Origin: a virus
Taxonomy: Duplodnaviria > Caudoviricetes
Direction: 5' to 3' (one strand)
Length of the DNA: 64,000 nucleotides
Virus record (IMG/VR): IMGVR_UViG_3300020411_000002
Shown here: piece after piece, positions 46,225-55,497 of the stretch
Layout: every line of letters begins with the position of its first letter
How positions within the stretch are numbered: the stretch's first letter is position 1
Program-made: the position numbers and the translations under genes
Notes under the pieces: model-generated
The model's database searches: none
What the model was told of the DNA's origin: nothing
What the model saw: the letters and a program-made list of their open reading frames with translations, nothing else

Positions 46225-47310
46225 ATGCGCGAATTTGGAGCCTCTAAGAAGGCAAAGAAACAACCACAAGTCAAAGCACGACTTCCAATAGTGCATTTAA
46301 TAGATGGTAACAACTGGGTTAATCGAGCTTACTACGCTACACCTGTTCTTCATACGTCAGATGGTATTCCTACCAACGGTGTGAAAGGGTTTATCAACAT
46401 GGTAAACGGTCTGTATAATCTGATTCAGTCTAAGAAACAAGTGCCTTATATTGTTATCTGTTTTGATATTCCTCGTAAAGAAACGTTTCGATATGATGTG
46501 TTTACTCAATGGGCAAAAGAAGAACCTGAATTGGTAGAAGCACTCTTTCCAAAGAAAGAAGAGCGGTCTTACAAAGGCAATCGTAAAGTAAGTGAACATA
46601 CTTATGAAGACTTGCACGAGCAGATTGAAATTTGCAAAACTTTGTGCAAGATAGCTGGATTTACTGTTCTTGACGGACGAAAGATTAATCAGCCCGTTGA
46701 AGCCGATGATATTATTGGTACACTCGCTTGGAGATTGAAAGGCTGTCTTCGAATGATTCACAGTCGAGACAAAGACTTCAAGCAGTTGTTAACTAAGCAC
46801 CATATTCGACTATGGCAACCTGAACAGCAAAACTCGCCAGCTAAGCTGTACACTAAGAACAACATGTACGGTCAAGACGGTCTTCACCCACATCAGTATG
46901 TAGACTATCTAATTATGGATGGTGATAAAGTTGATAACATTGCTGGTATCCCAGGTTGTGGTGCAACTACTGCTATCAAGCTTCTTGATCGTTGGGGAAG
47001 TCTCGATAACATAATTGAAAAGCACGGTCGCATTACAGGCCACCCAGATAGAAAAGTAGCACTTACTGCTGCTGGTGTTCCACAGCCTGTAAAGATTGTG
47101 AACGAGAAAGGAAAGAAAGTAGATCATCCTACTTTGAAAGAACCTGTTCCTTGTCCCAATTTCGAAGTAAGTAGAAAGCTTGCTAAAATTAAAACAGACG
47201 TTAAGAATGTTCCACTTTCTCTTAGCAAGTTGAAAATGGGTAAGCCTGACAACGAGGCACTAAAGCGTTGGAAAGAAGACTTAGAGTTTAATCAATTGTT
47301 TTGGGTTTAA
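46225..47310 (+). CDS. 5'-3' exonuclease / flap endonuclease (Pol I N-terminal / T4 RNase H family)
   Basis: LIDGNN, CFD, EADDIIGTLA, DKDFKQL, GDKVDNIAGIPGCGATTA motifs. Confidence 0.9.
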   Translation: MREFGASKKAKKQPQVKARLPIVHLIDGNNWVNRAYYATPVLHTSDGIPTNGVKGFINMVNGLYNLIQSKKQVPYIVICFDIPRKETFRYDVFTQWAKEEPELVEALFPKKEERSYKGNRKVSEHTYEDLHEQIEICKTLCKIAGFTVLDGRKINQPVEADDIIGTLAWRLKGCLRMIHSRDKDFKQLLTKHHIRLWQPEQQNSPAKLYTKNNMYGQDGLHPHQYVDYLIMDGDKVDNIAGIPGCGATTAIKLLDRWGSLDNIIEKHGRITGHPDRKVALTAAGVPQPVKIVNEKGKKVDHPTLKEPVPCPNFEVSRKLAKIKTDVKNVPLSLSKLKMGKPDNEALKRWKEDLEFNQLFWV

Positions 47311-47311
47311 A

Positions 47312-47956
47312 ATGTATTTCATAGAATTAGCAAAAGAAAACAACTATCTATCAACAGCACTGCAATTCGATTTCGATAAAGACCTAGTTAAGCGATTACG
47401 CGAGAATTATAAATACTTTGAAAGAGATACTGGTGGTCTTGCTGCTGAGGGTGACGAAGGCGATAGAGAAGATTTTTCTATTCGCAGAGTAGATATGTAC
47501 AGCTTCGATTTCAACTCAGAAGATTTCGAAGGGGTGTCTGACGGTTCTGAAAAGCAACAAGAAATTCAAGAGCTTATTGGTGAAGTCCATGCAGAGCTTG
47601 AAGAGGTTATAGAAGCTGCAAACAAGTACTTCGAATTTGACCTGTATGGTATTGAAGAGACTATCAATCTACTACATTACCATAACGCTGATAACACTGT
47701 TCCCGGTCACTATGTAGGTCATAATGACATTGGTGAAGGTTCAATCAGTCGTCGTAAGCTTACTGTTATTGTACAACTGTCTGACGAGTCCGAATACGAC
47801 GGTTGTACTTTGAATATAAGCGCTTATGGTGACGCAGACAAAAGCATTGGTAACGTTATTGTATTTCCATCTTACTTGGAACATTCCGTAAGTCCTATCG
47901 AGCGTGGTGAAAGATTTTGTCTTAACGTATGGGTTCACGGACCTACTTTTAGATAA
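47312..47956 (+). CDS. 2OG-Fe(II) oxygenase (PKHD/prolyl-hydroxylase-like)
   Basis: HND, RKLTVIVQLSD, VFPSYLEHSV, GERFCLNVW. Confidence 0.85.
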   Translation: MYFIELAKENNYLSTALQFDFDKDLVKRLRENYKYFERDTGGLAAEGDEGDREDFSIRRVDMYSFDFNSEDFEGVSDGSEKQQEIQELIGEVHAELEEVIEAANKYFEFDLYGIEETINLLHYHNADNTVPGHYVGHNDIGEGSISRRKLTVIVQLSDESEYDGCTLNISAYGDADKSIGNVIVFPSYLEHSVSPIERGERFCLNVWVHGPTFR

Positions 47957-47968
47957 GAGGAAATAAAT

Positions 47969-48226
47969 ATGTCTAAAGCAGATACCAATTATGTTCAAGG
48001 CATTATCGCTTTATGTTTATTTATTGGTTTTATTGGTTGTTTACTAGTGTGGACGCTGACTGACAGTTACTTCATGCACATGTTGTTTCCGGCTATTACA
48101 GGTATTCTACTTATTGTAAATGTGTTTATACAAGATTTAGATAGTTTAGCTAAAACAATAGATTCGTGTGTTTGGTTACTAGTCACTGTAGTAGTTCTTG
48201 CCTTAGTACACGGACTAAGTTATTAA
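47969..48226 (+). CDS. Small membrane protein (3 TM)
   Basis: GAGGA SD; three hydrophobic segments. Confidence 0.75.
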   Translation: MSKADTNYVQGIIALCLFIGFIGCLLVWTLTDSYFMHMLFPAITGILLIVNVFIQDLDSLAKTIDSCVWLLVTVVVLALVHGLSY

Positions 48227-48248
48227 TATTCATTTAAGGAGTTTTTAA

Positions 48249-48833
48249 ATGGCATCATTAGAAAAATTGCAGTCGCTGCAAGAGTTTGGTGTAGGTTCAA
48301 AAAAGAATTATGTTGAGACAGTGGAAGGTAATGCCTTAACTGTTTTCACTAAATACATGAAATGCCCATTTGGTATTCTTGTTACTGATACCAATCCGCA
48401 TTTTGTTCCAATGATGGGAATACAGAAAGACACGTTCCGTAGTTTCCCTATGCTTCACGAGCTTAACGGACAGTTTGGTGAATGTCACTTGGTTAAAGTA
48501 GTTACCACTATTGAACCTACTCGACCCAATCAAAAACCAATTGAACGTCAGGGACACGTTGCTGCACTTGTTATTCACAAAGTCCTTAAAGACAAGAATG
48601 ATAAGTCTAAAGCCTCGGACGCCCAAGATGCACCAAAGATTTATGACTCGTTCCGCACATCAGTTGCTGGAATGCTTGAATCTGCTAAGTCTCTTGGCGT
48701 TAACATTGGTATGAATCAAATGGGTGAAGGTCGTCGATGGGATAATTTCCTCACTATTCTTAATGAAGAAGCTGAACGCATTGGATTTAATGGTCGCATT
48801 ATCGCCTACAGACGAAGACAGTCTAAGTCATGA
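48249..48833 (+). CDS. Divergent macrodomain (ADP-ribose-binding fold)
   Basis: VEGNAL, NPHFVPMMGIQ...FP, YDSFRTSV, IGMNQMGEG..W...IIAY colinear with Poa1p/DarG-type macrodomains. Confidence 0.5.
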   Translation: MASLEKLQSLQEFGVGSKKNYVETVEGNALTVFTKYMKCPFGILVTDTNPHFVPMMGIQKDTFRSFPMLHELNGQFGECHLVKVVTTIEPTRPNQKPIERQGHVAALVIHKVLKDKNDKSKASDAQDAPKIYDSFRTSVAGMLESAKSLGVNIGMNQMGEGRRWDNFLTILNEEAERIGFNGRIIAYRRRQSKS

Positions 48834-49432
48834 TAACAGACTTATATGAAGTGCCTGATGAAGTGGGAATTATAGACTTCCTCTTTTTAACAGGTGAGAT
48901 ACTTTCAGCAAGACAAAACCAAGAAGTAAAACCTAGTGGTAAGGTAGTTACGTTCTCTTCTATTACCAAAATAATGGGAACTATAGAATGCAATGGAGCA
49001 AAGCAGAGCGTTCTATTGAATTACGTTACCAAAGTCACCCATCATCGAAAAGGTGAAGATTACATAAATCCTATTCCTAACATATATTCAGAAAATGCTC
49101 TTACTGAATCTTTGACGGGTGATTTTGCAGGTGATTGGAATTTATCTCACTACGTCATCAGTGTGACTAACGAAGAAGAAGATACGGATACTTGCATCTT
49201 CTGCAATAGTGCATTCATAGGTTTAGAAGATAAAGTTTCTCTACACGTTATTGAAATGATAAACCGTTTTCTTTTTGAAAAAGAAAGAATGAACGCACGT
49301 AAACAATACGAAGCTTTGAAGTTCGCTAAATGTAGTAACGGACTTGGGTTGATACCTAAAATAGAAAGCTTTGAACGAGGAAAAACTAAAAATGTCAGAA
49401 TTAAAAACATGGGAGATAGCTCTTCTTCCTGA
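48830..49432 (+). CDS. Hypothetical protein
   Basis: ATGA overlap; 200 aa. Confidence 0.7.
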   Translation: MITDLYEVPDEVGIIDFLFLTGEILSARQNQEVKPSGKVVTFSSITKIMGTIECNGAKQSVLLNYVTKVTHHRKGEDYINPIPNIYSENALTESLTGDFAGDWNLSHYVISVTNEEEDTDTCIFCNSAFIGLEDKVSLHVIEMINRFLFEKERMNARKQYEALKFAKCSNGLGLIPKIESFERGKTKNVRIKNMGDSSSS

Positions 49433-50003
49433 CAGACGAACGCCTGAGTCTATATCGGCTGCATCTATAATCTCTTCTATATTGGAAGATAGTCTAATCG
49501 ATATGTCTACGCAAAACAAAAACGGTGAAGGCATACTAACTTTTGATGTAGAAACTTTAGGTCACGAATACTTGGATTTCTTCTTCTCTTTGTTTGGTAA
49601 GAAGTTTCCTGTTACTATTGGACGTAAGCGAAAGAACTCTGCCTATCTACAGGTATTATCTAAAATGTTATTTGGATTCGATATAATGGTTCGACTGACT
49701 TACGAAGACCACATCGAATACTTAGTTCTTGAAGGTTTGATGTTTGAGCCTAAATTAAGCCGCGTTGATCCTAGTCGCGACTTAACGACAATCAATCTGT
49801 ATGCAATTTCATCTGGATACCAATCAATACAAACTGCTCCAAACGATTTTATTACATTTTCGTTTGCTAATAGCAGGACGTTTTTGGAATCTGAGGTAGG
49901 TGTACCTATGGTAGAAGTACAACTAAAAAATAAAACTATAGCCATAGATATGTTTGAACTTGTCAAAAGAAGAAAGCGTTTAATTGAAATTCTTTCTTCT
50001 TAG
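49392..50003 (+). CDS. Hypothetical protein
   Basis: ATG 49392 after GAGGA (ORF track starts at 49371). Confidence 0.7.
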   Translation: MSELKTWEIALLPDRRTPESISAASIISSILEDSLIDMSTQNKNGEGILTFDVETLGHEYLDFFFSLFGKKFPVTIGRKRKNSAYLQVLSKMLFGFDIMVRLTYEDHIEYLVLEGLMFEPKLSRVDPSRDLTTINLYAISSGYQSIQTAPNDFITFSFANSRTFLESEVGVPMVEVQLKNKTIAIDMFELVKRRKRLIEILSS

Positions 50004-50040
50004 TAAGGTGGGGCGTTGCCCCACTTTAAGAGTAAAGCTA

Positions 50041-50817
50041 ATGCATATAACTAGATATTTTGTTCCGATGTTGCTTTGCAATAGCTGGAACAATTACGCG
50101 CAAAAAGAAAGATTAAGTAGAGTCTTCATAGAACTAAAAAGAAAATATGATTGTACTCTACATTTGGACATACGTGGGTTCTCAGGGCTATTTCCTGCTT
50201 TTGAAAAATATCACGTTCCTAGTGAAATGTTTTATCGAAATAGACTAGCCACCTCTTATCTAGGTACAGATATGTACAAGCATAAGATGAAAGCAAAGTC
50301 TAAGCAAAACGAAAAGATTTTTAACCTTATTTTCGATAATCTATCAACTGATTTTAGTTTTCTGTATGACACCGTTAGGACTTATGCAGAATACGCAAAC
50401 AGTAAGTACAGAACGCAAACACAATTTCTAGTTAGAAATAATACGGTGTTTCCTGTAGTTGCTGTGTTCGATAAGCTAGATAGCCAGATGAATCCTGCAT
50501 TCGAGCCTCCAAAAGACGAGGTATGGATTGAAATACCTAGAAACGTACTAGCATCTATTATGTACGACGATTCATCGGCTGACTATAACATCTTGGATAA
50601 AATGAAGCAGTTAATTTCCACGAATCAATTTTCTAATGATTGGGTTGTTCTTCAAACTCTGACTCCTTTGATTGAAAAATATAATAAAGAGTCTGGGTCT
50701 TGGCCTAAGTATAAACGTCAAGAGATTGAAAACCAAATCACTACTTTAACAGATATTGCACAACGATGTGGACTTGATATCGATGTAGTTCTATCTAAAG
50801 CAGGAGCTAAGGTATGA
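50041..50817 (+). CDS. Hypothetical protein
   Basis: ATG 50041 (ORF track starts at TTG 49984). Confidence 0.7.
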   Translation: MHITRYFVPMLLCNSWNNYAQKERLSRVFIELKRKYDCTLHLDIRGFSGLFPAFEKYHVPSEMFYRNRLATSYLGTDMYKHKMKAKSKQNEKIFNLIFDNLSTDFSFLYDTVRTYAEYANSKYRTQTQFLVRNNTVFPVVAVFDKLDSQMNPAFEPPKDEVWIEIPRNVLASIMYDDSSADYNILDKMKQLISTNQFSNDWVVLQTLTPLIEKYNKESGSWPKYKRQEIENQITTLTDIAQRCGLDIDVVLSKAGAKV

Positions 50818-51530
50818 CAACGTGTATAGGAATTCAAAGCAAAGATAGTGTTCATCTTTGTGTAGATTCTAGATTGACCGGAATGAACTATATAGGTAGT
50901 GAAACTACTCAGAAAGCATTTAGTGTAGGTAAAAACTACATTTGCTTTTCTGGGTATGCTGACGTTACACATTTAGTAAAGCGCGTTCTTATTCAGATAC
51001 AGGCTGGTGGGTTTAATTCTATTGACGCATTCAGCGCTTTGGGAATAAAAGAAAACTCTTTTGAGTACCATAGCTTGCTATATTTCCTCGACTTAGACAG
51101 AAAACAAAGCAGAGACTTTTCAGAAGAAGCCTTAAATTTTGAAGGTCTATCTTTGTTTTGGAAAATGCTTACTCTTGCAGTGAAGCATAACACTTGCGTT
51201 CTAGGTTCTGAATCTGAGTGCAGTGTCGATACTTACGCTGACTGTTTGATAGCTACTCCACACGGTCTGTTCCATATAACATCAGACGGCAGCGTAGCGA
51301 AAGGTAGACTTCTCGGTATAGGTTCTGGCTCTAGAATTGCAATTGGTGCAGTGTTAGGTTCATTAGAGCAAGTTGGTACAGAGACAAACATCGAAGCCTT
51401 CTTAACAGGCGCACTCGATAAGTATCACGACATTCCTTTTCTTTTGTCTAATGCTGTACGCGCAACTAGTCTGCTAGATCCAAACACTAATGCAAACGCT
51501 AAGACCTATCAAATTAAATTAGAGGTGTAA
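50814..51530 (+). CDS. Proteasome-beta/HslV-like Ntn threonine protease
   Basis: After Met removal: Thr1, Asp17, Arg19, Lys33 in canonical spacing; FSG; IGSGS. Confidence 0.8.
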   Translation: MTTCIGIQSKDSVHLCVDSRLTGMNYIGSETTQKAFSVGKNYICFSGYADVTHLVKRVLIQIQAGGFNSIDAFSALGIKENSFEYHSLLYFLDLDRKQSRDFSEEALNFEGLSLFWKMLTLAVKHNTCVLGSESECSVDTYADCLIATPHGLFHITSDGSVAKGRLLGIGSGSRIAIGAVLGSLEQVGTETNIEAFLTGALDKYHDIPFLLSNAVRATSLLDPNTNANAKTYQIKLEV

Positions 51531-51533
51531 CTT

Positions 51534-51908
51534 ATGCCTTCGTTAGATCAGTCGTTGAAAGAAACCAATCAGTCACTATTGGAAGCGCTGGACGTATTGG
51601 GGCAGTACAAGAACTTGAATCCAAAGCTAGAAATGCTGGTGGGTTTAATAGGTATGATATATGGAATAAGCTCTAATTTGAATCCAGATGTATTATCTGA
51701 ATTGTCTAGCTTGCCCGATAATTATTCATCTGTTCTTGATGGTGTTAATTTAACTGTAGGGAAGTACGGTAATTTGATTAACATTCACGTTTATCCTACA
51801 GACCCTGATTTATTCGATGCATTTGTTATATCAGATGAAAGCTTTACGTCTGCACTTATGCAAGTCTATAGCAATTTGAAGGGTGATGACCCTGAGTTAG
51901 AAATGTAG
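51534..51908 (+). CDS. Hypothetical protein
   Basis: GAGGTG SD; 124 aa. Confidence 0.7.
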   Translation: MPSLDQSLKETNQSLLEALDVLGQYKNLNPKLEMLVGLIGMIYGISSNLNPDVLSELSSLPDNYSSVLDGVNLTVGKYGNLINIHVYPTDPDLFDAFVISDESFTSALMQVYSNLKGDDPELEM

Positions 51909-51910
51909 AT

Positions 51911-52462
51911 ATGAGTAGTTATTGGTTTAATAGAATAAAGGAAAAGCCCGCAAGTTTCGCATACGCAAAGCGTAGATTGGAACTCAACACTAAAGGCTTA
52001 GACCGAGCGTTGTCTAGTGAGTATGATGAAGACAAGGTTATTACCAAGCTTAGTCAAACTTATGTTAAGTACGGAATATATCATGTTCCAGGCAGTGTAA
52101 TTAACTTAAACCAATTTAGGGAAGAACTCGATCTACCTATTTTGCCTGTATATTACGCTTCTCTTCAATTTGGAACAGCACAAGACATACTTGATTACTT
52201 GCGTATATCTTATTTCTCAATATATGAAACGGTTATTGAGCAAGAGCATTTCTTTAGAATGTTTAGGCTTAAACCTGATAAAATTCGTAAGTTTCTAATT
52301 GAGTACGACAAGGCTGGTTTTAATTGCATGAAAGCGTGTGATGTACTAAATATTGATTTCCATTCATTATATAGCAAAATGGCACGACTAACATCAGAAG
52401 TCACGAAAGACCCTAGGAATCAACATTCACATATTTACGGGAGTCAGTCCGATGATTCGTGA
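51911..52462 (+). CDS. Protein with a C-terminal Fis-type helix-turn-helix
   Basis: AGFNCMKACDVLNIDFHSLYSKMARL matches the HTH_8 pattern. Confidence 0.5.
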   Translation: MSSYWFNRIKEKPASFAYAKRRLELNTKGLDRALSSEYDEDKVITKLSQTYVKYGIYHVPGSVINLNQFREELDLPILPVYYASLQFGTAQDILDYLRISYFSIYETVIEQEHFFRMFRLKPDKIRKFLIEYDKAGFNCMKACDVLNIDFHSLYSKMARLTSEVTKDPRNQHSHIYGSQSDDS

Positions 52463-53021
52463 TCCAGATTATAAAGTTTCAACCCACTTCAAGTTTAAAG
52501 AAGTATTTAAAAGCTACGAAGCGCAGCGTTTAGGTATTGATAATGCGACTCCAATTACAGAGCAGATTCTCGACTGTGCTGCATATACAGCGGAAAAAAT
52601 TCTTGAACCTGTGCGCAGTTGGACACGTAGACCTTTCAGTCCTAATAGCTGGTTTCGCTGTGAAGAGTTAGAATATGTTCTTTGTGCTGAATCATTTTTT
52701 AAAAAACTTATGCGCAAAGGTGTAGAGGGTGTAGATAAAAATACATATCGCAAGTATCCAACTCTTTATATTCTGCCGGAGATTTTCCATGAGGAATGGA
52801 GAGAATACTATGAACGTAAACAACATCCTAAGGGCATGGCCGTTGATTTCGAACTCGCAGGCCTATCGAACCAATCTCTATTCGACTGGTGTAGAGACAA
52901 CCTCCAGTTCGATCAACTCATTCTTGAATTCTACAGACCAGAACGAGGAACTAACTCGGGATGGGTTCATGGAAGCATTAAGAAGCATGGGCCTAATAGA
53001 GGACAACTATTGCGATACTGA
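52452..53021 (+). CDS. M15-family Zn peptidase, candidate endolysin
   Basis: STHFKFKE, ILEPVR, SWFRC, QHPKGMAVD, FDQLILEF, GWVHGS. Confidence 0.8.
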   Translation: MIRDPDYKVSTHFKFKEVFKSYEAQRLGIDNATPITEQILDCAAYTAEKILEPVRSWTRRPFSPNSWFRCEELEYVLCAESFFKKLMRKGVEGVDKNTYRKYPTLYILPEIFHEEWREYYERKQHPKGMAVDFELAGLSNQSLFDWCRDNLQFDQLILEFYRPERGTNSGWVHGSIKKHGPNRGQLLRY

Positions 53022-53268
53022 TATAGTTACAACGATAGGTTTGTACTTAAATGAATCATACTTATTCAATGGTGTTCAACTATATGGATTGTATGATCAT
53101 TACAAGTACAATTTTTTAATGCGCCCAGGTCGAGCATTCTTTATAAATGGAGTGTGTTTTATATCGGGGTATTTTGGGGACAGAGCGAAAGCTCAATATG
53201 TTTTCGATAATCTAGAAAGAAAGCCTGGAAATATCAAAATGACTTATGATACAAGGCCATATCGGTGA
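52987..53268 (+). CDS. Hypothetical protein
   Basis: ATG 52987 (ORF track starts at 52789, deep inside the peptidase gene). Confidence 0.55.
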   Translation: MGLIEDNYCDTDIVTTIGLYLNESYLFNGVQLYGLYDHYKYNFLMRPGRAFFINGVCFISGYFGDRAKAQYVFDNLERKPGNIKMTYDTRPYR

Positions 53269-53270
53269 GT

Positions 53271-53369
53271 ATGAAAAGAAGGCTAGGAATTGTGTGCGTT
53301 ATAATATTTCTAGCCTTATCATACGCCAACAAAGTCTATGAAGCTAAAGCTGACGTATCTGTTAAATAG
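53271..53369 (+). CDS. Possible 32-aa membrane/secreted peptide, not in the ORF track
   Basis: MKRRLGIVCVIIFLALSYANKVYEAKADVSVK; starts 3 nt after the upstream stop. Confidence 0.35.
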   Translation: MKRRLGIVCVIIFLALSYANKVYEAKADVSVK

Positions 53370-53940
53370 CTACGGCTAAGGACAGTACTGCAATTATTCG
53401 CCAAGTTAACGAGTCTATTCTATTGCTTGTTTCTTGGCGTTTAATTTCATCCTTGTAGTACTCATTGAATTCTTCCATTCTTTTACTATGCATGTACTCT
53501 AGCCTAAGCATACGGAGTATTTGATTCCTTTCTTCTATATTCAGTTCTTGAACCTTATCCAGTTTCTCTACAAGCTTTCCGTTATCTCTTGCAGCAACTA
53601 CAGCATCCCTTATCTTAAATACTGTTTCAGTGTCTACCAGTATAAACAGTTCGTCATTACGGTCTGCAATAGGTAGATAATTTGTATTAGTTTCTTCTGT
53701 CCCTACATGTACTTCTTGATACAACTCAAAGTTTTGGTCATACGTCTTGCGTACTACAGTAGCGGCTTTTATTCGTTGCTCTAAATCTTCTGGATATGGA
53801 ATGGGTTTAACAGGTTCGTGAGATAGAAGCTCTATGTCAAAGAGTTCTTTTTGTATACTTGGGGTTTTGGTGACTTCTTGTGGATTGGAGGCACACCCGG
53901 TTATTGCTAACGACAACACCAATAATAGCTTCTTTACCAT
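53362..53940 (-). CDS. Outer-membrane lipoprotein, spanin-like (o-spanin or u-spanin)
   Basis: Lipobox LAITG-C with Ala at +2; helical C-terminal half; hydrophobic terminus IIAVLSLAVAI. Confidence 0.6.
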   Translation of the reverse strand: MVKKLLLVLSLAITGCASNPQEVTKTPSIQKELFDIELLSHEPVKPIPYPEDLEQRIKAATVVRKTYDQNFELYQEVHVGTEETNTNYLPIADRNDELFILVDTETVFKIRDAVVAARDNGKLVEKLDKVQELNIEERNQILRMLRLEYMHSKRMEEFNEYYKDEIKRQETSNRIDSLTWRIIAVLSLAVAI

Positions 53941-54257
53941 TTGGACTCTGTAATCTTTTTCAGGTTATCAACGTCTGATAGTTCAGGATCGTACTTAGGC
54001 ATTTGCTTTATCTGTTCGTGTACTTCGTTATTTAGTTCGGCTAGTTCCTCTCGCTCCTTATGTAGAGCTTTATTTACTTCCTTGTTAATTTTCAATTCCT
54101 CTTTTATTTGTTCATCATCTATATCTCTAATAGACTTTTCAAGGTCTGAAACCTTTGTTCCTTTCTTGCCAGCAGTAAAAGCAATAGCAAGCCCCGACAA
54201 TATTAAACCGAGACCTGCTAATATCGCTTTCCACCAGCGCTTAAACCACTCAGTCAT
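53934..54257 (-). CDS. i-spanin-like protein
   Basis: N-terminal TM (AILAGLGLILSGLAIAF) then coiled coil; overlaps the lipoprotein gene. Confidence 0.6.
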   Translation of the reverse strand: MTEWFKRWWKAILAGLGLILSGLAIAFTAGKKGTKVSDLEKSIRDIDDEQIKEELKINKEVNKALHKEREELAELNNEVHEQIKQMPKYDPELSDVDNLKKITESKW

Positions 54258-54604
54258 TGAGTATCATCCTGTCTAAACGCATCACTAGCTCTTCGTCTAG
54301 GAACTTTAGAGCTTGGCGGTGCTTTGTTGAACATGCTATCAATTGAGTAACCTACTGCTATGAAGGTTAGCAAACTTGGATCTGCTTCTGTATACAAGAT
54401 TGTAAAGTATGATCCAAGTACTGCAAAGATAGCTGTAATTGTCTGAGGTTTATGTTTAGACCAGTATGTATTCCAGTCTGCCTCAAGTTTAATACACTTC
54501 TTAACGTAGTGTATCAGCGTACCCAAGATAGTTACTGAGAAGCTAAGAAGTATATAGCCCCAAGAGTAATTAGCTATAGGTCCGAGTAGGTCAATTACAT
54601 CCAT
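54254..54604 (-). CDS. Holin-like membrane protein
   Basis: Three hydrophobic segments, basic C-terminal tail; directly upstream of the spanin-like pair. Confidence 0.5.
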   Translation of the reverse strand: MDVIDLLGPIANYSWGYILLSFSVTILGTLIHYVKKCIKLEADWNTYWSKHKPQTITAIFAVLGSYFTILYTEADPSLLTFIAVGYSIDSMFNKAPPSSKVPRRRASDAFRQDDTQ

Positions 54605-54619
54605 CGCACTATGAGCAAC

Positions 54620-54910
54620 TTAATCTTCTGCACCCACAATACCTTTATCAGCTAGTTCACGCTTACGCACTTTCCAACGAGCTTTGATATTGTTAAAGAA
54701 TTCACGTAGTTCTTCTTCGTTGCCTTCCGCTGGGCTTCTATCGAAACCATGCTCTTCAAGCTGACCGAAAAAGAACTTTCTATATTCCTCTTGTAGTGGA
54801 CTTAGTTCTTCTTGCTTAGCGCTTTTACTGCTTAGCGCAAGATTGTCTGAACGGTTTAAGTATTCCATACCTACTGCTTGGATAGTAGAAAGATTAAGTT
54901 GCATTTTCAT
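54620..54910 (-). CDS. Small protein, possibly head-associated
   Basis: ELSPLQEEYRKFF...SPAE...FFNNIKARW recalled from myovirus head-region proteins (unverified). Confidence 0.45.
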   Translation of the reverse strand: MKMQLNLSTIQAVGMEYLNRSDNLALSSKSAKQEELSPLQEEYRKFFFGQLEEHGFDRSPAEGNEEELREFFNNIKARWKVRKRELADKGIVGAED

Positions 54911-54918
54911 AGTTATTC

Positions 54919-55497
54919 CTAGTCTGCTAGTACTGCCAGTTGCCCAGCAATCGTTATTGAAATTTCTCTAAGTGTCGCGTCCCGAACTTCTGGTGCTTTA
55001 AGTGAAACAATTTCACCTCTCTGGATAAGCATCGGTACGCTAGGTGTGGCAGGAGTGAATGATCCTACTTTGCCACCTGCTGCAAAAGTGATAGTACCAA
55101 TTTCACGCACTACGTTTCCATCGCTATCGATGATACGCATATTGAAAACAGCTTCACTTGTTGTAGCATCTTGGGCTAGTGCTAAACTTCTTTCGAAGTC
55201 TGCATAGATTGTTGCCGTACGAACTGCAATGTAGTTTGCTACAATAGCGTTAGGCTTTGGTCTTCCGATAACAGATAGCGCAATATCATACGGCTGTCTT
55301 TCTTTATCTTCTTGAACAATCCACTCGCTTCTTGCTGCACTATATACGTAGATACCCGGCTCTTTTGTATCTACAGTAGCAGTTAACTGAAAGAGCTGCC
55401 CATCTTCGGGAGTTTCTGGAAAGACTGTACCGCGAAAGTCAATCAACTCGCGAGATATTTTACTGCCGTCAATTAAGTCAACACCATCTACTTTCAT
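54919..55497 (-). CDS. Virion/fibre-family protein
   Basis: N-terminal FPETPEDGQLF...W motif shared with its neighbours; beta-rich C-terminus. Confidence 0.6.
   Translation of the reverse strand: MKVDGVDLIDGSKISRELIDFRGTVFPETPEDGQLFQLTATVDTKEPGIYVYSAARSEWIVQEDKERQPYDIALSVIGRPKPNAIVANYIAVRTATIYADFERSLALAQDATTSEAVFNMRIIDSDGNVVREIGTITFAAGGKVGSFTPATPSVPMLIQRGEIVSLKAPEVRDATLREISITIAGQLAVLAD

Noticed and set aside
52789-52986. Long 5' extension of the ORF at 52789 overlapping the M15 peptidase
   Set aside because: A roughly 230-nt overlap with a conserved gene is unlikely; ATG 52987 gives a much shorter overlap.
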